A stretch of 64,000 bases of DNA from Nemertoderma westbladi. Taxonomy: Eukaryota; Animalia; Xenacoelomorpha. The stretch covers positions 1-64,000 of the forward strand of contig JAUCBJ010006915.1 of NCBI GenBank assembly GCA_032718475.1, written 5' to 3'. Below, piece by piece: positions 37,101-48,829 of the stretch (the stretch's first letter is position 1; every line of letters begins with the position of its first letter). A program made the position numbers and the translations under genes. The notes under the pieces are model-generated. The model ran no database searches. It was not told where the DNA came from and saw only the letters and a program-made list of their open reading frames with translations.

Positions 37101-39981
37101 GAATACTTCCCGTTCCGTCGACTCCGAGTCGCTAGATGAGTCGCTGTCATCCGGATAAGGTGGTTGACGGGTTCGCGTCTGGCGTATTACCTTTTGTCTC
37201 ATTTGTTGGGGTCTAGAATCTGTGGTTCTCCGTCGTTCGGTAGGCTCGCAAGCCTTCCACGAAGTCATAGGTCTTGTTAAACATTGTTCGATCCTGCGGG
37301 TACTACCCACATCTGTCCTCCTCCGTTGTTCGGTAGGCTCGCAAGCCTTCCACGAAGTCGTAGGTTGCGTCGAACATTGTGTCAAAAGTCGAGTAAAGTA
37401 GTCGGGTTTCGTAGTCGGTCTATAAATAACTGGGTTCGCACAGCACGTCACAGGTTTAACTGCTAACGGCTTACTTACCTGTTTAATTGTCATAAACTCA
37501 GGTTCCTCTCTTCCTACAAGTAGACTACGAATTACTGTAGGTGGACTAGATACATTACCTGCTAAAATTGGCGATGAAGTTGCCCTAGGTTGCGGTATTT
37601 CCGTCACAACAAACCTGTTACCTTGCGTCGAGCGCACAGGTGTTAATTCCTTAGGTTTCGTAACAAAGACCGGTTTTATCGGAGTCGTGGGTTTGAGCAT
37701 AGGAATCACTTGTGGAAAACGTTCACAGTAATCCTCGACGAACTCATCTCTTCGATCCATCGCTCCAATACTTCCTTCCTCGATTCGCTTCTGTATCCCG
37801 CGATATCGAGCTTCCAGGTGATCCAGGGCAGACAAATCGTGCGCTGCCTCGCGCGATATTCGATTCAATTCGAACTGTAGTTGCATCTCCCTTTCGCGTC
37901 GATCTGCTACTTGTTGTTGTGCCGCTAACTCCGCTTCTTGTATCGCTAGTCGAGCGTTAATCTGTCTCACTTCCATCTCGGCGCGAGCGTCAGATGCCGC
38001 TTTCTTCCGAGCCAACTCCGCTGCGTTTGCTGTCGCAACTCGTGCTAATTCATTGGCTGCAGCTTCTCGTGCCAAATCTTCCTCCAATCTTCTTAACTCC
38101 AAGGCATCGACTTCTGCTTGCGCTTTGAGTTGCGCAATCTTCGCCTCGTCTTCTCTCTGCTGTTTCTCTCTCTCGATGGCGATCTGTGCCATCTGTCGTT
38201 GCGCTTCTTCCTCGAAGACTTGTTGTCGGCGTGCAACTTCCTGTTGTTGTCGAGTATTGTCAGACGCTGTTCTACTATCGTCGCCAACGTCGCTTCGCAT
38301 GCTAACGAATGATCTATCCATCGGTGGATTTTGGTAGGCTCGCGAGCCTTCCGTAGTGATAACTTCCGTCGTCCCTCGCGGTTCGACTTCCGGTTCTTCG
38401 ATCAGTACGCCGTTTCTACGAAGAAAATTGGTGAGCATCTCCAACCTCCCGTCCAAGCAATAAAGTTCTTCTTCCTCTTCGGGTTGTAACAACGCGTCCG
38501 AAACTGACTCACCTAGCAGTTGGTCGAACTGCTCCTGTTGAGCCAATATTATTACTGACTTAAACTGGATAATGCTTTCTCTCGCACTTACCAACTTATC
38601 TATTATCTTTACCTGAGTAAAGTTGTCGCCACGCAACTCTGCGAGTTCGTGTAAACCTTTCAGTTTATCTACGGAGGCATGTACCCTTCTTTCTATCCTT
38701 ACCTGTAAGGTGTAGAACTCGTATCTCGACATCGGGGCGGTTAACTCGCGTAAAACGCGAAAACCTTCTCCGAGGTTTCGAGTAATCTGGGCCATGTGTC
38801 CTCCTATACTTCTAATGACATTTTCTTGGCTTCCCGCCAAGCTTACCATGTCTGGTTCCCGTGACCTGGTCTGCGGGATTGTAAGGAAATCCTCGATCCT
38901 GCCGTCGCCATGCATTGCGGCTTCCGGTATTTCCGTTTGGGGTACCGGCGACGCACGCGGTGTGACATCGGTGGAATCTCGGGTTCTCCTTCTCGGTTCG
39001 TCTACTGTCGATATGTCCGGGTCGCACGAGTCATAGTCGGTAGGGGGGTATTGAGTCGAATGCGGTGTGTCACTCATGTCTTATTATATACGTCAAGTAC
39101 GGGTAATAAAATGTCAAAGTATCTGAATGTTGAAATGTCAAAATTACCTTGGTATATATATAGTATATATATACCCTAACCGGTACAAATAAATCAACAA
39201 AGTCAGAATGTCGAAATGTCGAAATGTCCAAATGTCAAACTTACCTTGATATATATATATATCATATAAATACCCTAACCGGTACAAATAAAACTAACAA
39301 AGTATATAATAAATATGTAATAATCTAGCCTACCGGCTAAATTTGTACGAATAAGTGAGATAACGGTATACGTTACCAAAATGTAGATCAACAATTACAA
39401 ATAATAGGCAAAACAGCAACGTCTAACGGCAAAATAAGTACCAACAACACTACTAATTAGACAGTGAAACCCACAAAACTACTGTGCTTTCTTAAGTTTG
39501 AACGACATGAGTCGTAAAACTTACGCTCCTTTGATCTTCCAGTCGTGCAAATTCCCAAATACAAACCGGACGTGGGTCGTTCCGTTTTTCGGCGGCGCGG
39601 ACGAATTTTTTGTCTCCCAAACTTTGCGAAAAGCGGTCTAATCCTCGAAGCGGTCCAGAAATGAGTCCTTGAGTCCTGAAAAGTCGAAGGTGAGAGTTTT
39701 ACTTCTACTCTACGAAAAATCTTCCTAGGTACCGATACAACTTGGTCTTTAAACCCTATGTACCTTTTCAAGTACCGAAAAGTAACACCGCACACACACG
39801 GCGTAAAACAAAATGCTACAAACTAACTATTAGCTAGTCAAATATTAAATACGAAACTACTAGCTACCCTAAAAGCCTACTGAAGCAGGGGACGTTTTAC
39901 AAATTACTAATTTTTACTAACCTTAAATTTTTAAATATCTCCTACTTACAATAGCTAACAGTATGACTGTGTTACGGTATA
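34108..39981 (-). mobile_element. BEL/Pao element D (5' half: leader, Gag, protease, RT start), A/B lineage
   Basis: Gag/protease closely homologous to A; shares the A/B palindrome; leader cut by LTR E at 39982. Confidence 0.9.
34112..39077 (-). pseudogene. gag: Gag-protease-RT(N-term) of D, frameshifted, with internal RT deletion
   Basis: PPKFSGNAKHW; CSYC, CWRCTKPGH, CPLCGRNH; YAILDSASSHSY; YEVGMLW, GPNMNNYL, DVEAMFHQV, VFGARDSP. Deletion at ~34378 relative to F. Confidence 0.9.
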
Positions 39982-42283
39982 TGGCGCTGTACCTACATTA
40001 TGTAATATATTAGTCCGTTATACTGTACATACAGTCCCTATCTCATTCTGAATATTATTTCTCAAACTGGGTATCATTTCTCAAACCGTTTACTAATGAT
40101 AGTCAACGGAGAATTTCAGTAGGTAAGACTAGGGTAAGAGTTGAGAAATCAGAAAGATGCAGCCAGCTCAATCTAACTCAAACTAAAGTCTGGCGCCATG
40201 GTTGGAGTTAGGTTGACCTCCAACTGTGCCATACTCAGCATTACTCTTCCTGTACGGGATGGATAATTACTCTGGTTGAGTGAGGTACCACATGGGGAAG
40301 GGGCCTCTGTCTGTTAGTGTTGCTTGGGCTCTTGAGTTACATAAGCTGGGCAGGCCGGCTTGCGTGTGTCTCATAAAAGACATGTCAATCACACAGTTCC
40401 TTTGTGGGCTTTACTAAATGTATGTTGTTAACTAAACTACACTGGCTCTGTCTGTTTGTAGAGAAAGTTTTAATTCTGGGAATATTGTTGTGGGAAATTG
40501 GTGCTCTGTTGTCTGTCTGTTTGATGTCAATTGGTGCCTTACAAGACATATCAGTTCAACAATCGAATGGTTAATTAAGAATTATTAGTGCATATGGGAC
40601 CTCGCAACACACCCCCCCCCCCCCCCCCCCCACCCCCCTCCCATAAATATGGCCCTGTCTATAATTACAGAGGTTTCCTCTGGCCCCTTTGCCCGGTATG
40701 CCCACACCCGGATATATTGCGAATAATTGTGTTGACGATGTAATAGAGAATTAAACATTAGTAAAACATTAGTAAAACATTAAAGTTAAACATTAGAAAC
40801 ATTAGCGAAATATACGCGACATTAAAATAAATTTATAAAATTGGTTGGTTATATTATATGGTTATATTTTAATGTAAAATAACGTTAATATGTTATGAGT
40901 CATATATACTTAATAAATGTAATAAAAAATTAATTTAGTTTAATTAGTAGATCGAGTAGTTTATTCGAGATTTAGATTAATTAATAATTTAGCATATAAT
41001 TTTTTTATTCTGAAATTTAAAAATAAATTGAGTCACTGAGTCTGCAACTTAATTCTCACTGTCTACTGGAGTTAATTACACACAAACAAATCAAGTTTAG
41101 GGAATGTTATAACAGCAGGAGACCATCAAACCCGTAGGCAGAGTATAACAGAAGCGAGTGGGCCATTAAACACAGACAGCTTGTTGTATGAATGCTACAC
41201 AGTGCACAGTGGGTGGTTACGCGAGTTTGAGTTGGGTTTGAGTAAACCAGACAGGTTTGAGTTAGTAAGAGTGAGGTAAGAGAAAAGGTACCCAGTTTGA
41301 GAAACGGTATCTAGAATGAGATAGGGACTGTACATTAGTCCATTATACAGTATAATATATTAGTCCAATATATAGTATCATATATTAGTCCGTGATGCAG
41401 TATAATTATTTAGATAAGGCATAACGCGCAATGATATTTAGATAAGGAAGTTGAAACGCCCATATATTTTGAACTCATCCATTTTGTATAGTATGTAGCC
41501 CTACCTATGTAATTTTGTAATAGGATATAAGTAGATAGTTCCAGGGTAGCAAGTCATTGTTGGACCCTGGATATGGGCTTGCCGTTATTAGCATTGATGA
41601 GGCTAGCTACTGGTTTTAATTTCTCTATAATTGCGCTAAATTTATATTTGTGCATGATATTATTAGTACCGCCAAATTAAGCATCGGGAAAATTACCTTT
41701 TATGGTGGCAATTTGCGATTCCAGGGAGCAATATGTTCACAATCCGGCTCTCTTATTGGCCTAACTGCTTCCAGGTTGGTCTAATGGTAGCTCGGATTGG
41801 GGAGCCAATGAGAGATCGATTGCATCACCCTTCTCAAATCACCTATAAATTGGCCTGCTTCCATTGCCGGTATGCACATCCCATTACTCATCCTCAACTC
41901 ACAACCAACAACCCCATACAGCTCACCTTCAACTATTATTCGATGCTTAGTTTTTCTGTGTAAATTACTGCCCCTTTGATTTCTTGCAATGATTTGCTAA
42001 TTTACGATTTCTGTTTGATTCTTGTCTGTGTTTCTCAATCAATCTCAACGATCACTGTTAATTACAAATTGGAACTATGATTTCTACCCCTTAGTAAATG
42101 GTTCTATGTGATTCCTTTCGACAATAATCCTACGGGATTTCTTAGACTGTCAGACTTTGTGATTTGCATGTGCCGCTACATTAGCTACTCATTCTGATGG
42201 AGGGCTAGGGTACCGGTAAGTGCGGCGGGCGCATTGGGGGGTTAGCGACGACGGGAGTGTGGAGGATTCAAAGACAAGCAACA
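39982..42283 (+). repeat. 5' LTR of E (~1 kb) interrupted by a TIR element
   Basis: TGGCGCTGTACC...AGACAAGCAACA; CCAAT boxes and CTATAAA at ~41844. Confidence 0.85.
40032..41330. mobile_element. Tc1/mariner-type non-autonomous element inserted in LTR E
   Basis: TA|CAGTCCCTATCTCATTCT ... AGAATGAGATAGGGACTG|TA (18-bp perfect TIR, TA TSD); absent from the second LTR copy. Confidence 0.92.
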
Positions 42284-42284
42284 T

Positions 42285-42302
42285 TGGGGGGATTACTATT
42301 GC
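42285..42302 (+). promoter_or_regulatory. Putative primer-binding site of E (primer not identified)
   Basis: TGGGGGGATTACTATTGC one base after the LTR end; identical in the inverted copy at 47018-47035. Confidence 0.55.
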
Positions 42303-44799
42303 GCGCGCAAGTTTGCAACGTAGAGTGGGTTAGGTACGCCGGTTCAGTAATTAGGGGCTGATGATCCAGGTTTTGTCTCTATTTTGTAGTATTAGGGGGA
42401 CATGAATTGGGTTAGTTAGGAAGCCTAGACGTAGCCGGGAGAGATCTGCGTGCTTTACGTTGCGAGTTGCGAGTTGCGAGTTGCGAATTGCTAGCTAAAC
42501 TGTAGACTATGTCGCAAGTTACATGCGAACTGTAGGTTGCGAGTTGTGAATTGCTAGCTAAACTGTAGATTGCGATTGTTGTTTGACTGCTGATTGTGAA
42601 TTGTGCGTTAAGAACTAAATTGGTAAGTATAAACTATAGATTGTTATGCTGATTGGTGTGTTACTAAAGTGTGCCTAATAAATCACGAATGCTTGGATAG
42701 GCGCTCTTTTCCCTTTGATTGATTTCTATTTCTTAGTTTACTGTAATTAATTTCTGATTAGGTCGAAAATAATACGGTATTTTAGGCTGTTGCTAGTGTG
42801 ACCCGTTGCGTAATAATTTAGAATTACGCACTCTGGAATACTTAGTAATTAGTACGCCGTTACATATTTGTGACTGTAATTAATTAGCAAAACTAAGAAT
42901 TTGTACGCTGCATAGCGGAGGGTAGTTAAGGTAATAATTTTAGAGTACCGTACACTATTCACGCTGGGCGGTTATTTGAATTAGCGGACAAAATTCACAT
43001 CGTAGTATACAGTATACAGCGCGCATCAGTAAATTGCTGGTCTAAAGCCAGCCGCAGATAAGCCTGAGTCCCGAAATAAACACTGCATCGATTTTTGATT
43101 ATTTAAATATTCTCACATTCACACATTCCGTTAGGGAACCCCAGTATTGCGATTAGATGCGATTAGATGCGATTAGAAAGGACGTAGTTGTAAGCGCAAT
43201 TTTACAGTAAGATTAGGCTATAGAATACACTCTGAGTGCCAAATCTCTCACACTCGTCTTAAGTCAGCTTAGGGAGCCGATTCGGGTTTATTGTTTTGGT
43301 TATTCCCGCGTGGCTCATATATTCGAACAGTTAGCTCTCTATCGAGTAATTGGTAGAGAAAGGAACGAGAATTTAGCAGGAGCCGTAGAAATTTAGGAAA
43401 TATATTAGCGGACGGCAGATTAGCGCCATCCATAACGGTAAGTAGTGGTTTTGCACGCAACCCTACATTAGTAATTATACGCTCCTGATTGCCCTGTCTA
43501 GTAAATAGAGCAGTTTTGTGTCTTTATTGGTTAGGCCGGGTAGTTTGTTCGTTACAGTAAAGCACGTTTTGTTTTGCTGTACTGCGTACAGTAAGTACGA
43601 TTCAGATTACTGTATTAGGTACTGTACTGCGTACAGTAAGACAGAGAGTGTATTCTTTTAGGCTGTTAAATTAGATTACTGTATTATTTGCCGTTACCTT
43701 ATAACAGTAAGGCACGTATATTGTCTGCTGTAGGCCTACTGCTTACAGTGACGAGTATATTCATTAGGCTGTTGGTTTAGATTACTGTATTCACTGGTCG
43801 CGTACAATAGTACAGTAGTACATTAGGCTGATTGCTGTTACTGCGTACAGTAGAAAAGACATTTGTTTTGCTGTACCGCACACAGTATTTATTAGGCTGT
43901 TAGGTTGGTGTACTGTTTTACTTACTGTATTGCGTACAGTGGATATACGGTAGTGCGTTTACTAATCGCAAATACAGCGGTTCCTTAGGCCGTTAGGGCA
44001 GGCCGTAATTAGTAAGTTTTTTGAAAAATTTTTAGCTAGGTTTGTGAGAATTCAGTTTTGGTCAAAATTATTTTGTAATAAAATCTAGAGCTTTGTACCG
44101 GTATGTTGGATAACCGCTTAGTTATTTTATACCATCTGGAGATACATGGCAAGACGGAGCTTCTGAGTTTGGGGTTCGTGTGGGTCTGCGGGTTCGGTTT
44201 GCAATCAGCGAAAAGACTGAAACTTTGGACGCGGACGTGGAATCTCACAGCAAACAAGGTTGGTTGTTCTGTTGGCACCATTGTGTTTGTGGAAGCAGTA
44301 AAAAATTACCGGTTGTTTAACTGCGAAGCTGAACTCAATTTATTAGTTAGGATAGTTAGGTTTAGCCGACCATGGGTTTTTGAATCGCTCGAGTTAGAGA
44401 GAGAGAGAGTCGCAACCCGAAGATATAGCCACGCGCTAGTGGATACATATAATATTTGAAATTAAAATTGCGTTGATTAGAGTTATATATGTAAAATTAG
44501 AAATATTCGGGTGGCAAGTTTATTTTGAATATTTTGTATTAGATTCAAAAAATTATTTGTGTCATACCGGTTTTTAAATACTATATAATAACTATAGAAT
44601 AATATTTTGTTTAAATGTTGTACTGGTATTTGCTAAAATTAGATCCTATTAAATTCACAATATTGCATTGCGAATTTATTTTGACATTTTGGACAACTGG
44701 ATATTTGACAAATAATTTAATCGTATTTTCGATTAAATTATATATATATCTCGAACTTTTGCGAGATATTTTTGCCGGAAGGCAAATATTATTTAGACT

Positions 44800-45410
44800 A
44801 TGAGTGCCTCAGAGAAGGAGGCACTAGAGGACAGCTATGAGACGGCGGCAGGACCGCCGACTGACGATAGTGTTAATATTACTGTTGACGACAATGCCGA
44901 CTATGACGACGCAGCGAGTGACGCTGACGTAAGTGAACAAGAGGACGAGACAGTAACTAGTGAGGAAGAAGAACCACCTCAGGTAATAGTATTAGGATCC
45001 CCTACCGCTACTGTAAGGAAGGATTGTACAGCAACCCAACCAGAGGTGAGTGATAGGGAGGGTAGTGTAGCAGAAGCGAGAGCCCGGAGCCCGGTTTCCA
45101 GACCTGTGGGTATGGTAAGTGCCGTGGTCCCAGCGGCTAAAAGGAGTACCCGTAGTTCCCGAAATAATCCTTCAAGTCCACCAAGTGTGAGTCAGGTAAG
45201 CGAAAGAGAACTAGACATCGCCATAAAGAAGAAACTTCGCGCGCATGCCGGACATATAACTCGACGGCGGACAAGGTAAGGAAGATGTTAGCCGACTCAG
45301 CGAACATCGGAAGGGAAGGGTTAGTAGAGATTAGAAAAGGATACAACTCAGCGTTATTCAAACAGACGGAGGAGCTTGCAGTCCTAGCGAGGAAGGCAGT
45401 AGAGTCTATG
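44800..45410 (+). pseudogene. gag: Gag N-terminus of E, truncated
   Basis: Acidic disordered start then KLRAHAGHITRR (cf. D IGGHMAQITRNL); reading frame disrupted at ~45275. Confidence 0.7.
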
Positions 45411-45433
45411 GTATAGATGGTATATATGGTCAT

Positions 45434-47036
45434 ATGGTATAAAATAACTAAGCGGTTATCCAACATACCGGTACAAAACTCTAGATTTTATTACAAATAA
45501 TTTTGACCAAAACTAAATTCTCACAAACCTAGCTAAAATATTTTCAAAAAACTTACTAATTACGGCCCGCCCTAACGGCCTAAGGAACCGCTGTATTTGC
45601 GATTAGTAAACGCACTACCGTATATCCACTGTACGCAATACAGTAAGTAAAACAGTACACCAACCTAACAGCCTAATGAATACTGTGTGCGGTACAGCAA
45701 AACAAATGTCTTTTCTACTTGTACGCAGTAACAGCAATCAGCCTAATGTACTACAGTACTATTGTACGCGACCAGTGAATACAGTAATCTAAACTAACAG
45801 CCTAAAAGAATACACTCGATGTTCTACCGTACGCAGTACAGTGCCTAATACAGTAATCTAATTCGTATTTACTGTACGCAGTACAGCAAACAAAGCGTCC
45901 TTTACTGTTAAACGAACTACCCCAGCCTAACCAATAAAGACACAAAACTGCTCTATTTACTAGACGGGGCAATCAGGAGCGTATAATTACTAATGTAGGG
46001 TTTCAGGTACGGAAAACCACTACTTCCCATTGGATGGCGCTAGTCTACCGTCCGCTAATATATTTTACTAAATTTCTACGACTCCTTCTAAATTCTCGTT
46101 CCTTTCTCTACCAATTGCTCGATAGAGAGCTAACTGTTCGAATATATGAGCCACACGGGAATAACCAAAACAATAAACCCGAATCGGCTCCCTAAGCTGA
46201 CTTAAAACGAGTGTGAGAGATTTTACACTCAGAGTGTATTCTATAGCCTAATATTTCTGTAAATTTGCCCTTACAACTATGTCCCTTCTAATCGCATCTA
46301 ATCGCAATACTGGGGTTCCCTAACGGAATGTGTGAATGTGAGAATATTTAAAATAATCGAAAATCGGTACGGCAATTATTTCGGGCCTCAAACTTATCTG
46401 CGGCTGGCTTTAGGCCATTTACTGATGCACGCTGCGTACTGTATACTACGATGTGAATTTTGTCCGCTAATTCAAATAACCGCCCAGCGTGAATAGTGTA
46501 CGGTACTCTAAATTTATTACCTAACTACCCTCCGCTATGCAGCGTACGAATTCCTAATTTTACTAATTAATTTCAGTCACAAATATGTAATGGCGTACTA
46601 ATTACTAAGTATTCCAGAATGCGCAATTCTAAATTATCACGCAACGGGTCACACTAGCAACAGCCTAAAATACCGTAATATTTTCGACCTAATCAGAAAT
46701 TAATTACAGTAAGCTAAGAAATAGAAATCAATCAAAGGGGAAAAGAGCGCCTATCCAAGCATTCGTGATTCATTAGGCACACTTTAGTAACATACCAATC
46801 AGCATAACAACAATCGCAATCTACAGTTTAGCTAGCAATTCACAACTCGCAACTCGCAACGTAAAGGACGCAGATCTCTCCCGGCTACGTCTAGGCTTCC
46901 TAACTAACCCAATTCCTGTCCCCCTAATACTACCAAAATAGAGACAAAACCTGGATCATCAGCCCCCAATTGCCGAGCCGGCGTACCTGACCCACTCTAC
47001 GCTGCAAACTTGCGCGCGCAATAGTAATCCCCCCAA
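45434..47036 (-). mobile_element. PBS plus leader of a second F-family unit directly after F's 3' LTR
   Basis: Reverse-complement match to 42284-44135 with small indels in internal repeats. Confidence 0.9.
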
Positions 47037-48033
47037 TGTTGCTTGTCTTTGAATCCTCCGCACTCCCGTCGTCGCTAACCCCCCGATGCGCCCGCCGCGC
47101 TTACCGGTACCCTAGCCCTCCATCATAATGAGTAGCTACCGTAGCGGCACATGCAAATCACAAAAGTCTGACAGTCTGAGAAATCCCGTAGGATTATTGT
47201 CGAAAGGAATCACATAGAACCATTTACTAAAGGGTAGAAATCATAGTTCCAACTTGTAATTAACAGCTATCATTGAGATTGATTGAGAAAACACAAACAA
47301 GAATCAAACAGAAATTGCAAATTTACGAATCATTGCAAGAAATCAAAAGGGGCAGTAATTTACACAGAAAAACTAAGCATCGAATAATAGTTGAAGGTGA
47401 GCTGTTGAGATAACAAGGATTGGTATGACTAATGGGTAAGGTGAAGTAACAATGGAAGTAGGCCAATTTATAGGTGATTTGAGAAGGGTGATGCAATCGA
47501 TCTCTCATTGGCTCCCCAATCCGAGCTAACACTAGACCAACCTGGAAGCAGTTAGGCCAATAAGAGAGCCGGATTGTGAACCTTTGCTCCCTGAAATCGT
47601 AAATTGCCACCATATAAGGTAATTTTCCCGATGCTTAATTTGGCGGTACTAATAATATCATGCACAAATATAAATTTTGCGCAATTATAGAGAAATTAAA
47701 ACCAGTAGCTAGCCTCATCAAGGCTAATAACGGCAAGCCCAGATCCAGGGTCCAACAAGGACTTGCTACCCTGGAACTATCTACTTATATCCTATTACAA
47801 AACTACATAGGTAGGGCTACATACTATACAAAATGGATGAGTTAAAATATATGGGCGTTTCAATTTCCTTATCTAAATATCATTGCGCATTATGTCTTAT
47901 CTAAATAATTATACTGCATCACGGACTAATATATGATACTATATAATGAACTAATATATTATACTGTATAATGGACTAACATTATTATACTGTATAACGT
48001 ACTAATATATTACATAATGTAGGTACAGCGCCA
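47037..48033 (-). repeat. 3' LTR of F (997 bp)
   Basis: Inverted copy of LTR E without the MITE; preceded on the - strand by hairpin+GGAGCATA and by F's AT-rich 3'UTR. Confidence 0.88.
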
Positions 48034-48829
48034 TATGCTCCAAGGGAAATCATGCAATGTTTCCCTCCAATTGTAGAAGAGTGTTAGGCGATGTATACAA
48101 AATAAAATAAATCTCTTTCAAATAATCTAAATATCTTGATACTATACTATTTACAAATATTGCTATAGATATTGCATAATGAATTGCATACAAATTAAAT
48201 TTACAAAATATTATCTCTCTCTCAATGTTAACGATTATTACATACAAATTAAATTTACAAAAATACTGTTTCTCATTCGTTCTACATAATGATTACTACA
48301 TACAAATTAAATTTACAAAATACTTTCAAATTATAAAAATTTTGCTAGGGTAGGTGAAGGGAGTAAGCCAAACCCGCAGGTTTGTCTCCCCAATCACCTC
48401 CTTCGCCTCTCTCATAATATAAATCCAAATCAGTGCGACTAGTGTATATGAGTCAAGTCGGATATTTACAAATGCTACAATATACATCAGAGCGACGATG
48501 ATGTATATATCTAGAGTCTGTCGCCCCGTGATACAATGCATTACTGACCCGCTCCTGGGTTATTCGGGCTCGCTCCTCTCTTTCGCCCCCTACCCAGATA
48601 CACCAATCGTCCTCCAGTTGACTCCGTTGATGTGGTTCGTGAGGCGTCACTCCCCGGAACCGGCGACGATGTTCCCCGAGCTCCGACAGATTCCCAGCTC
48701 GTGCTTCTCCCTCGGCCTCGTCCTGATTGTCGTGCTCCTGTGGTCGCTTCCGCCAACTCTTCCTTCTGCAATTGCACCCGCGCCTTCTCCGACGCCCCCT
48801 GCGCCTTGCGTTGCAATCGCTGAGCCTCT

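Larger units (their letters stand above)
39982..45410 (+). mobile_element. BEL/Pao element E (5' LTR, PBS, long leader, Gag start), same family as F
   Basis: LTR 39982-42283 (TG...ACA) matches 47037-48033 in inverted orientation; leader 42284-44799; acidic Gag N-terminus. Confidence 0.85.

Noticed and set aside
4739-38352. Palindromic repeats as a CRISPR array or bacterial REP elements
   Set aside because: Irregular kb-scale spacing inside eukaryotic retrotransposon ORFs; no spacer periodicity, cas genes or REP-associated transposase.
39982-39993. TGGCGCTGT as a PBS
   Set aside because: It lies at the LTR 5' boundary in both copies, after the 3'UTR in F, not after an LTR end.
41733-41963. 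ORF conserved between 41733-41963 and 47323-47613 (also 44103/45137)
   Set aside because: Similarity just reflects the duplicated LTR/leader; ends and frames diverge between copies.
42350-42380. Hammerhead ribozyme (CTGATGA)
   Set aside because: No GAAA core or paired stems at suitable spacing.
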